IMG/VR virus record: IMGVR_UViG_3300033141_005269
Coordinates: 13,416 to 77,415 of that record
Length of the DNA: 64,000 nt
Strand: one strand, 5' to 3'
Source of the DNA: a virus
Below the pieces are notes generated by a model. The model searched no databases. It was not told the origin of the DNA and worked only from the letters and a program-made list of their open reading frames with translations. The position numbers were made by a program, and so were the translations under genes. Shown here piece after piece: positions 10,475 to 22,020 of the stretch. Numbering within the stretch: position 1 is the first letter of the stretch; each line of letters begins with the position of its first letter.

Positions 10475-10660
10475 TCATCTGGACTCCTTGATCTTTACTC
10501 CTTCCCTCTTCAACTTTTCGCGAATAGCTTGCCGGATTGCTTCACTACGTTGCGAACCCAATTGTTTGCACATTTCGTCGAGTGCTTCAAGAAGATTCGC
10601 AGGACAAGTAAAGGTAACCCGTAGAAATGCCGGATTTATTCCAATATTGTCTGGTTTCAT
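10475..10660 (-). CDS. Ribbon-helix-helix (CopG-like) regulator
   Basis: RVTFTCPANLLEALDEMC...RSEAIRQAIRE. Confidence 0.85.
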   Translation of the reverse strand: MKPDNIGINPAFLRVTFTCPANLLEALDEMCKQLGSQRSEAIRQAIREKLKREGVKIKESR

Positions 10661-11084
10661 ATTTGATTACCACCGAATGTAATTAAATAGAATTAAAGTA
10701 TATAAAGATTACTATATTTTATGAATTAGACATTACCAATAATTTTGAAGCCGAGACATCTAGGTTTCTGGACCTCAAAATATGCGATCGTGTTTCGAGA
10801 AGCGATAGAATTTGAGCAAAAAGGGGCTAATTTTGAGCGGCAATGGCGCTTGGAAGGCTATTTCTCCGTCCTTTGAAAATACTGAAATTATGCAACATTC
10901 GAGTGGTTTTCCTGTTGAATCATAACGCCACATGAAATCGCGAATTATTGCTTGGAAGTCATCCTTCGAGAATGATTTCTCCTCTGTAAGCTGTGACCAG
11001 AACCCTTCGAATGCTTCAAAATTTGTTAAATCAAAAAAATTGGAAAGGGTCTGAATGTTCTGGAAGATTACTCGAGTGGGGAGC

Positions 11085-11993
11085 TTAGCTGCACCCTTTA
11101 AGCCATTCATATGTCCTCGCTAACCCTTCCTCTAAATTAATTTTTGGAGACCAACCCAAGCTTTTTGCCTTCGAGATGTCGAGTGCAAGTCGGAGACCCT
11201 TTTCGCCAGGTCTGAAAGGTTTAATCGTAAGCTTGCTGCTACTTTTGGCAACTTTAATACAGAGCTCAGCGAGTTCCTTGATAGAAGTTTCGCGTCCAGA
11301 TGCCACGTTGTAAATTTCGCCTATCGTCTTATCCGGGTTTTCAATTGCTGTCAAAACAAAATCGACATAATTCGAAACATAGTTGAAATCCCTAGTTTGT
11401 GTTCCGCCTTCAACAGTTATCGGTTTACCTTCGAGTGCTTGTTTGAGGAAAATTGAAACTACTTGTTTCATTCGCATGGTAGGTCCGTAAAGCGTACCGC
11501 TTCGCAGTATGGTGATGGGTAATTCGAAACATCTGGCATAAGTCTGCGCTAAAATATCAGCCGATGCTTTTGTCGCGCCGTAAATATTGGTTGGTCTTAG
11601 CGGATGTTTTTCATCTATTGGCAAGTATTCAGCTCGACCATAAACTGACTCGGAGCTCATATGAATGAAATGTTTGACCTTACTTCGCGATAAAACCTCC
11701 AAAAGATTGAGCGTGCCGAAGATATTTGTCTGTGCGGTGTAAGATGGGGAAGTGAATGCGAATGGAACATCAGCTTGTGCAGATAGGTGTACTGCTACAT
11801 CGTATGGAAGGCTTCGAATGTCTTGTATACTCTGCCAATGATAGTTTACTTTATTCATGATATCAAAGAGTCTTCGCGCAGAAGTCGGTGGTAAAATATC
11901 TACGCCATGAACCTCATATCCATGCTGAATAAGCTCGCGAGCGAGGGCCGAGCCAACAAATCCTGCTATCCCAGTTATTAAAACCGAAGTCAT
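11085..11993 (-). CDS. NAD-dependent nucleotide-sugar epimerase/dehydratase
   Basis: ITGIAGFVG, SSESVYG, YGATK, RDFNYV; start placed at MTSVL. Confidence 0.93.
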   Translation of the reverse strand: MTSVLITGIAGFVGSALARELIQHGYEVHGVDILPPTSARRLFDIMNKVNYHWQSIQDIRSLPYDVAVHLSAQADVPFAFTSPSYTAQTNIFGTLNLLEVLSRSKVKHFIHMSSESVYGRAEYLPIDEKHPLRPTNIYGATKASADILAQTYARCFELPITILRSGTLYGPTMRMKQVVSIFLKQALEGKPITVEGGTQTRDFNYVSNYVDFVLTAIENPDKTIGEIYNVASGRETSIKELAELCIKVAKSSSKLTIKPFRPGEKGLRLALDISKAKSLGWSPKINLEEGLARTYEWLKGCS

Positions 11994-12040
11994 GAAAACA
12001 CCGAAGAAGTAAGAAAGATTGCAAATATATAAATTTACGT

Positions 12041-12871
12041 CTAGGATATCGATTTTATTTCGACTTTGAACGGGAAAACATGCTTCTCTGTCCATTTAAT
12101 TGTGATGACCGGCGAACCAAGTGTTGTTGGAACATAGCTTTTGGCTTCAACATATGATATAGCATTCGGCATGTAACCTTTCAGGAAACTACCAGTGAAA
12201 ACGAAGTTTTGTTTCATTTCGCGAACATTTAAACCATTATCGACTTGAAGCTGAACTCGCGGTGGAATTGGCCCAAGCAAGTGAACATGACCTTGGAGAT
12301 AAAGCGGAAGATTCGGAAAAATACTCGCGAGATCAGTTATTCTGTTTATGCGTCCGCCCATAGTTCTGGCTGTTGTCCACCCGTGATGAGCATAAAAGTC
12401 GAATTGCTTTTGTTTTGCGCGCTTGCCACTATTTCGCTTGAAAACTAATCGAATGTAAGCATCAATTGTAAGATAAGGAACGCCAAGATCATAAGCTAAA
12501 GAGTCAACATAGTTATGATTGTGGAGCTTCCAGTGCAGATAGTCATGATTTCCATCCAATAAGCCCAAACATTTTTCTTTAATTGGTTCGAATAATTCGC
12601 GAATCCGACGATATTGTTTATCTGGTGTTGGATAATTCGGGTCGATACTGTTTAAGTCAAAGCGTCTGTCCTTCACTGTAATAGCATCTGCATAATCACC
12701 CATGCCAAGCCAGAGGCAATTATCCTCGTTTTTTATGAAGTTAATCACTTTGTTCAAAACCCGCAAATCAACGTTTCGATGTCCAAGATGAATGTCGCCG
12801 AGCGCTACAAGCTTAAGGGTCCCATCATCACCAGACGAGTACTCGAAAACTTTTTTCAAAACTTGCATCAA
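12041..12871 (-). CDS. Calcineurin-like metallophosphoesterase
   Basis: GDIHLG, MGDY, GNHD, HHG, GHVH. Confidence 0.9.
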   Translation of the reverse strand: MMQVLKKVFEYSSGDDGTLKLVALGDIHLGHRNVDLRVLNKVINFIKNEDNCLWLGMGDYADAITVKDRRFDLNSIDPNYPTPDKQYRRIRELFEPIKEKCLGLLDGNHDYLHWKLHNHNYVDSLAYDLGVPYLTIDAYIRLVFKRNSGKRAKQKQFDFYAHHGWTTARTMGGRINRITDLASIFPNLPLYLQGHVHLLGPIPPRVQLQVDNGLNVREMKQNFVFTGSFLKGYMPNAISYVEAKSYVPTTLGSPVITIKWTEKHVFPFKVEIKSIS

Positions 12872-12932
12872 ATCAACCTCGAGACTTGTAGATTTAAATA
12901 ATTGGCAAGAATTTAAATATTATGATTTCAAG

Positions 12933-14255
12933 ATGTCAAGTCAGAAGCTAGTAGGCCTCCAAAACGATCCGGTAAAGTTTTATAATGAATTCCTGAAAAT
13001 TAAAGGGGAAAAGCTTCACTGGTATCAAAAAGAATTCTTAAGATGTAAAGCTCGAGTAATCACTGTTCTGAAAGGGCGGAGTATAGGAATAAGCTGGGCT
13101 GGTGGGATTAAAGCCTTACATCGAGCTTTACTATGGCCAAATCAAAACGTATTAATTGTAAGCTGGAATGAAGACCAAGCGAAGAAAATATTAGAATACG
13201 CGAAAATGTTCGTAAGACGAAATAGTGACTTGGAGAGCCTTGTCAGAAGCTCGCCATCGCTTGCGCTTGTCTTTCGAAATGGAAGCAGAATCGATGCTAC
13301 TGGAACAACGAGACCAAATGCTGATAACGTGAGAAACTTTCATTGTAACTTATTATTCGTTGATGAAGCAGCTTTAATTTATGATGAAATGTTCGCAGCG
13401 ATAACTCCAACTACGCGAGGAATGGAAAACCCGCAAGAAATCTACATTAGTACCGCTGGACGAGTTGGAAGCTTTTTCCATAGGCAGTTTTTAGCGGCAC
13501 GAAAGCATGGAACTAAACAAGGCGAAGTTGCTCCGGATGGCTCAGCATGGTTTATGATACCGAGCACTGAATGTGATAGGATAAGCGAAGAAGAACTTCA
13601 AACAGAAAGAGAAAGACTTGGAAAACTAAGATTCGAGCGAGAATATCTATGTCAATGGGTCGGCGCGAAAAATCAAATATTTCCAAAGGTTCCGAAATTA
13701 CAATACAACTTGCCAATGAGGAGCGAGCAACCATGTGTTGCTGGGTTAGATGTTGGCTTGGTGGAGAACCCAACCGTTTTAGTAGTACTCGAACCCATAG
13801 ATGACGAGAGAATGCGAGTTGTTAATGTTACAGAATGGCGAAGAACCGGAACCGAAGAAATGTTCCCGGAAATCATGCAATTACTGGAAATGTACAACGT
13901 AAAACGCTTGATTATAGATGCCGAGGGGATAGGAGAAGGATTATTCACATTACTACTTGGAGCAAATGCTCCAGTTCATGGAATGAAGATTAAGGATAAA
14001 CAGAAAAACGAACTAATGTTTAATTTAGCCAGATTACTCGAGAAAGAACAAGTGTATTTGCCGAAAGATGGGAATGAAGCGACCAGAGAATTAAACTTTG
14101 AGTTGCAAAGCTACATCGCAACGCCTTCGAAATCGAAACCCGGAATTTATAAATTTGATTCGTTGATTGGACGCGAAGATTATGTGATTGCATTAGCCTT
14201 AGCGCTTGAAGCCAGTAAAATCGAGAGTTATCAACCAATAATTAAGATTGTGTAG
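12933..14255 (+). CDS. Terminase large subunit
   Basis: LHWYQ; Walker A variant KGRSIGIS; FRNGSRI; Walker B LFVDEAA; ISTAG; RFEREYLC; RNase H-like GLDVG, IIDAEGIG, EDYVIALALA. Confidence 0.9.
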   Translation: MSSQKLVGLQNDPVKFYNEFLKIKGEKLHWYQKEFLRCKARVITVLKGRSIGISWAGGIKALHRALLWPNQNVLIVSWNEDQAKKILEYAKMFVRRNSDLESLVRSSPSLALVFRNGSRIDATGTTRPNADNVRNFHCNLLFVDEAALIYDEMFAAITPTTRGMENPQEIYISTAGRVGSFFHRQFLAARKHGTKQGEVAPDGSAWFMIPSTECDRISEEELQTERERLGKLRFEREYLCQWVGAKNQIFPKVPKLQYNLPMRSEQPCVAGLDVGLVENPTVLVVLEPIDDERMRVVNVTEWRRTGTEEMFPEIMQLLEMYNVKRLIIDAEGIGEGLFTLLLGANAPVHGMKIKDKQKNELMFNLARLLEKEQVYLPKDGNEATRELNFELQSYIATPSKSKPGIYKFDSLIGREDYVIALALALEASKIESYQPIIKIV

Positions 14256-15353
14256 ACCATTCAAGATCGCGTTGATTTATTAGTAACCAATGCTTAAAGC
14301 AGATCGGAACATCTTCAAAGATTTTTCCATGTTTCATTCGAATTGAAACTATTATATCATCTCGATTGCATCTTCGATATGAAGTACCAAGCATTTTATT
14401 GAGACGATGAATTTGACACTTCATGAAATTGCCTCAATGAACTTGTTCAGTTTTGTTAACTCATTTCGTAAATATCGCTTGATCATGAATAAGAATCGAA
14501 GTAAAAACTTAAGCAACTCAATCAGTCCTTGAATGGCGTCATCCACTTATTCGATTTCGGAGCTGGCATATTCACAAAAATTCGATCTTTTGGAACTTCA
14601 AGAAATACTTCGAGTGCGTGACGCAGGCTATGCAACTTCGCATATTCCTTATTTGAGGCTGTTCGTTCCGCTTTGATTACTTCATGCAGCAACTCACTCG
14701 CCTTTTCACGAATATTCATCAATCAGTGCCTCCCGCGAAGTATGGATTATCAGTTTCGAAATAATCATCAAAAGCTTGCATCATTGAGTCGACTAAATCT
14801 TTAATCTCCTTAACATCAGTTCCTATCGAATAAAAAGTAAGTAGAAGCTGGTTTTTCACTATTCGACGAATATATTTAATCTTTTCTTCATCCAATTAAT
14901 CCGCCTCCAAAATTTAGCTTGTCATAGAATCGGCGATAAGAAGCGGTCCAAGTGTTTTGCCAATATTTTCCAAGACTTCGGCTATTTCAGAACTTTCTGC
15001 TTCCACTTCTTCGCGAGTTTTCTTCAAGTTAATCAAAAAATCATCGAAATGCTCTATGAACGACTTTATCTTGTAGAAATCCTTAAAGTTTTCTTTACGA
15101 TTAAGAAAATCCCAAATCTTTGGAGCTTGGGGAATTTTGTTTTCAGTCCACCAGAGTATAAAGTAAGGCGAAGTCCAAGAAATCTGCACTTCAAGCCAGT
15201 CAGTTACTGGGACACGAATGAAGAAAACGTGACCGGGAGTTCTTTTAAACTCCTTTTTCATGAAGGCTCGAAACTTAGTGAACCAGTGAAAAATTTCGTT
15301 GATATTGTTTGATGTTTTGTCAAGAGTTTTGATGATAGATTTAATTTCCGTTA

Positions 15354-16088
15354 CTACTCCCTCGACCTCGATTGTAACCACGCCTCCGCCTTTTGAATTG
15401 ATTTAAACGAACCACAGTCCCACCAAACAACGGGTTCGGGGAATACTTGGACTTGATATTCGGGCATGGAAATAATCTGGGGTATTACATCCGAGAAGAT
15501 GTCAAGATGTGGACTGAAAAAGTAAAGAGTCGAATTATTCGCGGCTAGAATGCCAATAGTTGCGAAATAATTATGATTTGGGCAGAACTTGAAATCGGAA
15601 AGCTTTGGCTTTTCATGCATAGAAATAGAGCCGGAAGGCTTCGTCGCAATTACACCAAATGGAACCTGCACATTATCCGAAACCGCGATAGTCAAATCAG
15701 AATTAGTCTCCTTATGAGCTTGCCAGAACTTCGACAAATTTAAATCGGTGATTATATCGCCATAGTAAATCATGAAATCATCCTCGATTAAGTTTTGTTT
15801 GCAAGCATTCCATATTTCCCCAGCTGTTCCCAAGCCACGTGAAACAGAATATGAGATTTCCAGCCCGTATTGTGACCCATCTCGAAAGAAGGATTTAATG
15901 AACTCAGCGTATTTTTCGTTAACGCAAAGGAGCACTCGCTTCCCGCCATGTTTCGCGATATGCTTCATTATGTGCTCGCCAAGCGGTCGTCCATAAACTG
16001 GAATTAAGATTTTTGGCAAAACATTCGAAAGTGGCAAAAGTCGTTTTGCTTCGCCAGCTGCTAGAATGATAACTTGTGGTAAGCTCAT
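15354..16088 (-). CDS. Sugar-1-phosphate nucleotidyltransferase
   Basis: ILAAGEAKRLLPLSNVLPKILIPV, GTAG, YGDI, EKP, WWDCGS. Confidence 0.92.
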   Translation of the reverse strand: MSLPQVIILAAGEAKRLLPLSNVLPKILIPVYGRPLGEHIMKHIAKHGGKRVLLCVNEKYAEFIKSFFRDGSQYGLEISYSVSRGLGTAGEIWNACKQNLIEDDFMIYYGDIITDLNLSKFWQAHKETNSDLTIAVSDNVQVPFGVIATKPSGSISMHEKPKLSDFKFCPNHNYFATIGILAANNSTLYFFSPHLDIFSDVIPQIISMPEYQVQVFPEPVVWWDCGSFKSIQKAEAWLQSRSRE

Positions 16089-16384
16089 CTTTTATCCACC
16101 TCTGGCAAAACTTCTGCGCCTTCAAGTGAATCGAGATCGCGAATTAATGTTTTGCCGTCTTGATGCCAGATTTGATGCCAGATGCCATCTGAAGTCTGAA
16201 AAAGCTTTGTTGTTTGTTCTTTGACTTTATCATAATTTTCATAGTGAAAAGTCTGCTTTGCAATTAAAACCCGTGAGTTAATTACTCGAGACAAATTACA
16301 TCCTCCAAGACTAAAGATGAAAAGTATTTAAATATTACCAATTTGTATAAGAAACTAGAAAATAATTGATGGTAGTTATAGAAA

Positions 16385-16881
16385 TGAATGTTAATCCTCG
16401 AGATAGAATACCGGAAGAGAAGAGATGCAAGGCAATAAAGAAAGACGGGACAAGATGCAAAAATGCGGTAATGCCCGGATCCGATTATTGCTATTCGCAC
16501 TCAGCGCAAATTCAAAGAATTCATTTGCAGCGCAGTTTGAAAGGCGCTTTTTCATTTAAGTGTAATGATTGCAGTATAAAAGATATCTGCCCTTACTACG
16601 AGAAAGATGCTATCTGTGGAGTAACATTACCAATTAAGAACGCGAGATTAAAAGACGAAGAAACTTTACTAAGTGTATGGGAAAAAGTGCTTAAACTAGC
16701 TATTCAGAATTATTCGCGAATGCTATGGAAAGAAGAATTAACTGGGAAACCATCGAAAGAAGCTGAGGAACATCTAGTTCGAATAACAAAAGCTTTTGAT
16801 GCTTTTTCGAGAGCACTTGAAAGACATAAAAAGAAAAGAAAAGCAAAAAGCTTCGAAGATATACTGAAAGCCAGGCGTTAA
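16385..16881 (+). CDS. Zn-finger protein (RCKA...CKN...YCYSH plus a second Cys cluster); candidate terminase small subunit
   Basis: Cys/His motifs and a helical C-terminus; isolated + strand gene near TerL with TTTAAATA upstream. The TerS role is speculative. Confidence 0.4.
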
Positions 16882-17402
16882 ACTTAATATTAGTAAAATT
16901 GAAAAACTGTTAGAAAAGCTTTGGATGTTTAGCCTCCAAAAACAATCCTCTTATAAGGATTGCGTCGCTGTAGCGCAGTTTGTATTTTGTTTAAACACTC
17001 GCGACAGTGAGTTCTGGTCGAAGTCGTTTGCACCCAGAATTCCTTACCGCATAGAGAACAAATCCTTTTTTCCTTCATTTTTCATCTCCAGATAAATTCT
17101 CGGAAATTAGAGCGAGTTCAAGCTCCTCATTTATTATTTTTAATTTATTAGCTACTTCCTCAGAGGATTTCGTTTCGAGGTCCTTTTCGAATAATTCCAA
17201 AAGCTCGTTATATTTCGTTGCCCAGGTAGCAGGAGATGACTTAAAGTTTGAACGCAAACTGTAGAATTTTAGAAGTTCCCGTCTGAAATCCTTCGAGTTT
17301 TGAATATGCTTTCGAACAAATTTCCTTAACTCTTGAATATGGCGCGGATCTTCTTCTGATACAAAAAACAAAACGAGTCCTTGCATAAGTTCTGTTCTTA
17401 TC

Positions 17403-18713
17403 TTAGCTAATCGTTCGCCCATCGAGTCCATTTGGCAACTTGACCTCCATAAGAGTCAAAATTGTCGGCGTGATGTCCAATATGCTAGCTATTTGTTCGC
17501 CAGTTTTCGAAGCCGGCGAAACGCAATAAAAACCATTCATATCATGATCTGAGTAATTAAACTGTTGATAACGCCGCGTACCAATTCGAACCCAATGAAC
17601 GAAATATCCAGCTTTAGAATTGGGAAGACAGAGGATATCTGGCATGTATTTCAGATAAGGGCCGGACCAAACTTCATCTTTCCTAAAAATACCTTCGAAA
17701 GGCGAAGCATTAGTTGCTGGATCGAGCTCTGAGTTGAGAATATCGAATAAGGCATCATGAACGCTAGAATTTGTAACCTTATTATGAAACCGATCATCAT
17801 TAATGACTATCGCGCCTTGACCAACTGACCAAGCATACGTTTGGGTGAAATCAATTGAATCCAAGTCGAGATAAACTGGATATGTGAAGAAAAGCTCCCT
17901 AGCTTTGGATTTAAGCTGAATGAAACCCTTTTCGAGAAGCATTGTATTTAAATTAAAAGCTCGAGAAACGGGGTGCATACCATGATCACTTGCTATAACA
18001 ACATATTCCGGCTTAGTCGCTTCAATTAATTCTCCTATCGCATCATCGATTAATTTATGAGCCCAGCGTAAAAGAGGTTCGCCTTGTTTAAGATGCATCA
18101 ACTGATGTTGTAGCCGATCGAGTATTAGAAATCCGATAAACGCGAAGTCATAATTATCTCCTCGAAGAAGCTTTAATGCAGTCGATTTAATCAGTTGAGT
18201 CCGATCAAACCAATAGCGTGCATAGTCTTGCAAGTTATTGAAATCGCGGATATTTTTTTCCCATGGTATAAAACCCCATTTCGCTAAATCACCTTTAACC
18301 ACTTCATCGCTTGCCCATTTATCACCTGTCGCGTCATAACTTGCAATTTGCACGCCATTGATTGGTTTAGCTGGGTAGGTCATCGGTAGATTAAAGACGA
18401 GGCATTTAAATCCTTCTCGAGATAGGATATCCCATACTCGATCGCCTACAAGCTTATCAGCCTTATCAAAGAACGTCATGCGGTAGTCTTGCCCGGTCGA
18501 ATCGAAGCAAAACGATCGCGATTTACCCGGATTTAGACCTTGAAACATCGCGGGAAAACCAATCGAGGTTGTTGGCGGTGGAACAGTGCGCAAAATACCG
18601 CTTAAACCTTTTGAGCGTAGTTGCCCCAAATTTGGCATATACCGTGAAAATTGTTGAAAAGCAGAAAAGCTCGCAGCGTCAAGCGCTATAGCTAAGACTT
18701 TCATATTGAACAC
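17403..18713 (-). CDS. Alkaline phosphatase superfamily protein (phosphodiesterase/nucleotide pyrophosphatase type)
   Basis: IALDA, PPTTS, LDRLQH, ASDHG, SDHDMNG, DITPTIL. Confidence 0.88.
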   Translation of the reverse strand: MFNMKVLAIALDAASFSAFQQFSRYMPNLGQLRSKGLSGILRTVPPPTTSIGFPAMFQGLNPGKSRSFCFDSTGQDYRMTFFDKADKLVGDRVWDILSREGFKCLVFNLPMTYPAKPINGVQIASYDATGDKWASDEVVKGDLAKWGFIPWEKNIRDFNNLQDYARYWFDRTQLIKSTALKLLRGDNYDFAFIGFLILDRLQHQLMHLKQGEPLLRWAHKLIDDAIGELIEATKPEYVVIASDHGMHPVSRAFNLNTMLLEKGFIQLKSKARELFFTYPVYLDLDSIDFTQTYAWSVGQGAIVINDDRFHNKVTNSSVHDALFDILNSELDPATNASPFEGIFRKDEVWSGPYLKYMPDILCLPNSKAGYFVHWVRIGTRRYQQFNYSDHDMNGFYCVSPASKTGEQIASILDITPTILTLMEVKLPNGLDGRTIS

Positions 18714-19271
18714 CTAGAACTCAAAAACATCTTCTGGTTTTACTTTAGGAAATCCGTGAGTTGTAATCGCGAATGCTGCGGCAGTATCAAGCTTGGCCAT
18801 ATCTGCTTGGCTAATCCATCTCCCATGTTTGCCTAATTTAGACATTATTTCCTTCGCCTCATCTAGGGTTATGTCATCTATGACTAAATAACCTTTCATT
18901 CGATATTTCCTCCAAAACTATGGACTTTTTCCTTCGGCTTGAAACAAGACTTCGAAAATTGCTTTGGCAACTTCGAGCCTAGTTCTTCTTTTCCGATTAG
19001 CTTTTATTTTAACCTCCTCCGTAAATAGCAATCCCGCCGACAGAGTCTATGACTTCGGGTTTTCGCTTAACCGCGGAAACAAATTCCTCGAAAGTGCTTC
19101 TTCTAAGCGGACAACTATAATCGCAGATTTCCCAAGCCAATGTTTCCCATTCGAGTTCCCCTGTTTTCGCCTTTGTATAAATAAATTTTAATGCCTCCTC
19201 ATAGCTTTCTGCATGGACGACAGCTACGCCGCAGGTATAATCGCACAAAACATTTTTCCAAACAAACATTT

Positions 19272-19746
19272 TCATTTTGCTAAGTCCTCTCCGGGTTCAC
19301 GGCTGCTCGAAGGCGCGGTATTTATTTGATTGCCGAGATAATTGCTGTCCCCTTCCAGCGCCCCGCATCTCCTTCCGAGCAATTGCCGACCCAGCGGACG
19401 CAATTTTTAAAGCCTTTTCAAGTTCAACCTCTATACCTTCCGCATAAACTCCAAGAATTTGAGCGTCCTTGAATTGCCTAAAGTGGGATAAAACCATCTC
19501 CAGATATCCCCGAAGTTTTTCAAGACGATTTTTACAATCCTCTAATTCATCAGCGTATTTAACATCATTTCTTGTTAAATCGGAAATATAATCTCTTAAT
19601 TCCTGGACTTCTTTCTGCGCATCCTCGAGTCGAACCCACTTCTGGTCCAACAGCGGATTATGCACTCCATCTACAGTTTTTGCCCATGCTTCTTTCCATA
19701 ACGCGTAAACTTCTTCGTAAGACTTCGCTTTGTTTTTCAAACTCAT
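19272..19746 (-). CDS. Coiled-coil hypothetical protein; predicted spliced form 19746-19383 + 19297-19272 (129 aa)
   Basis: Removing the BHB intron 19298-19382 gives ...SAGSAKPGEDLAK*, with TGA overlapping the next ATG (19275). Confidence 0.6.
19298..19382 (-). ncRNA. 85-nt BHB intron
   Basis: 5' CUGGGU-CGGC-AA^U-UGCUCGGA ... UUCGAGCA-GCCG-UG^A-ACCCGG; canonical hBHBh'. Confidence 0.8.
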
Positions 19747-21432
19747 CGAGAAACCTCCTTAGCTAATGCCTCGAAAAGTTCTTCATGCTTCGCGATATCT
19801 TTGCGCAACCAAGCCTCGAGAAACTTTTGCTGAAAGTGAATAAGCAAGCTTTTAATTCGGATCATCCAAATCAACCAGCTGATAATCATAACCGAGAATA
19901 GCCGTTTCGAGACCAGAAAGAAAGCAACCAAATCGATCGCGAAAATCAAAATGTTCTATCGTCCATCGCTTAGTGTCCGGGTTATAATTTGGAATGTAAG
20001 TTTGAGCAAGCCAGCTTATCGCGCCTTTTAAATACAATAATCTTTCGAGTATGGAAAGCCTGCGTTTAACAAATTTCAAATTAATCTTCCTCCAAGTGAT
20101 CCCATGGAAACTTCCAACCATGCCGTCGCTTTTCATGCATAAGCAAGCTATGAGCTGCCATGCCGAGTATGAATGAACAAATGCACGAAACAATGAAGTT
20201 CACAAAATCGATCACTGATTATTCCCCCAAAATGAATAGCGAATTATTCGCTTATATTTGCACTATCTGTTTTGAAAGCTTCCAGGAGTGCAGGAGACAT
20301 CCGGACGAAATATCGATTCGGTTTATGATCTTCAAGGTGTACTCGAGAACCATGCTTGCGCGCGAAATTACGAATTTCAGTATATTCCGACTTCGTCATC
20401 CGAACTACTACTTCTCCGCGTTTATATTTATAAACTTCCAACTTACAACCTCCAAAATAAGGGAAAGATTTTTCGTATATAAACTATTCTTCCCTAAGTA
20501 TTACTTTCAAATTACCTGACAACGGAAGCTTATTTAGTCTCATATAATCACTATTAAGAATAGTTGCTTCAATCGAAAGTCTAGTCTCCATTGGATCGAA
20601 TGAAACACTGAGTTCGCGAACAGTTGCCTTAAGATAGATTTTCTTTCCTTTCAGTGCATCAGCTAGCTCCTCAATTTCAATTTCGTCCAATTATTGCACT
20701 TCCCCTTCATCTGGATTAAGTCCAAGCTCCATATCAATTAGAAGAGCGATTTCGAAGGTTAACTTCATCAACCGTCTAAAATCATCCCAAGTCCACAGCT
20801 TGTTAAGATGCCCGTGGCCAATACCTATTCCCAAATCCTTAAGCTCATTAACTTTTCTTTCGAGTTCTGAGCCTTTTAAACGCTCTGGAACTTCAATTTC
20901 CAAAAGATGATCAGATGCTCTGCTTGCCCAGCTTTCGATTAGCCTTGAAGACTCCCTCGAATTCGAAAGCGATGTTTTGAGAACTGTCGGGTCCATAAAA
21001 TGCATTGCAAACTTGACCAAGCAAATAACTAGCCCGCGCCCATATTCTGACGGTGGAATATTTTTAATTGCATCTGCAAGTCGTTTAGCTTCGAGTGACA
21101 AGAATAAACCTCCAAAACTTTGCGAAGGCGAAGTTGTTGATAGGCTTCAGAAGCCGGTAGTTTGTAAGGTTTGCGGAAATCGAGTAAGACTAAAAATAAA
21201 GTAATGAAGATTAGAAGAACTGGCAATATTAATCCCAGCTTTATTCAATTTTTCGCCAGGAAAGCCAAGAATTGAACATCGCGACTATTTTTTCATCTTC
21301 CCAAATTTTAAGTCTAGACTCCTCATCAACCGTGACCTTACTTATGTTTTCGAAAATTTCTTTGAATAATCTGTCTAGAGCACCCTCGACAAATACAGCA
21401 ACTTTCAACCGAAAACACCTCCAAAACGGAGT

Positions 21433-22020
21433 TTAATGCTTGATCATAGCCACACGCTTCCCATCTCCTCGAATAAAACAATAATTACAATTTACAAGGC
21501 AATGATTGAGCTTAACCGAACAAATGAACCAATTGTCTCGATACTTTTGAACTTCATCCTTTTCGATTATTGTTGCAATATTTCCTTGTTCTGGAATTAA
21601 ATTATCCCACTTACTCCAAGTTGAATGAAACAAGATGAAATTTGACGGTAAATTCGAGAAATCGAGAATATGCGCTTTAGTGTATGCAAGAAAAGTTACT
21701 TCTGGAAGCTGACGTGATATAGAAACCCATTTATCGAGATAAGACTGATTATAGAAATCACCAGAAACATGCACCCTAATGTAACGTCCCTTCATCTTCT
21801 TAATTTTATTCACCATAAGCTCTGGAAAGTCCTCGCGAAGGGAAAGCTTATAATTGCGCAAACGTGAAGCCAAAACTCCCGGGTATAATCGTTCAGCCTT
21901 CTTCGCATAACAAATTGAAGCGCATCGGCCCGCGCCAATACAGGTAAGCTTTGTTGGCAAAGACCAAGTTAAGATTTCCTTACTCAGTTTTAGATTACCA
22001 CGTCCTAAGAAAAGCGACAA
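21433..22020 (-). CDS. Phage gene-product-88-like protein
   Basis: GNLKL, WSLP, TC..AGRCASICYA, RVHVSGDFY, AYTK; TTG start after TTTTGGAGG. Confidence 0.75.
   Translation of the reverse strand: MSLFLGRGNLKLSKEILTWSLPTKLTCIGAGRCASICYAKKAERLYPGVLASRLRNYKLSLREDFPELMVNKIKKMKGRYIRVHVSGDFYNQSYLDKWVSISRQLPEVTFLAYTKAHILDFSNLPSNFILFHSTWSKWDNLIPEQGNIATIIEKDEVQKYRDNWFICSVKLNHCLVNCNYCFIRGDGKRVAMIKH

Noticed and set aside
10742-10781. Hairpin as another BHB
   Set aside because: Continuous stem without paired 3-nt bulges; more likely a terminator or stability hairpin. Candidates near 56350 and 57860 also failed.
13070-13100. Inactive terminase because Walker A lacks GKS/T
   Set aside because: The K-x-R-x-x-G-x-S variant with a shifted lysine is known in terminases.
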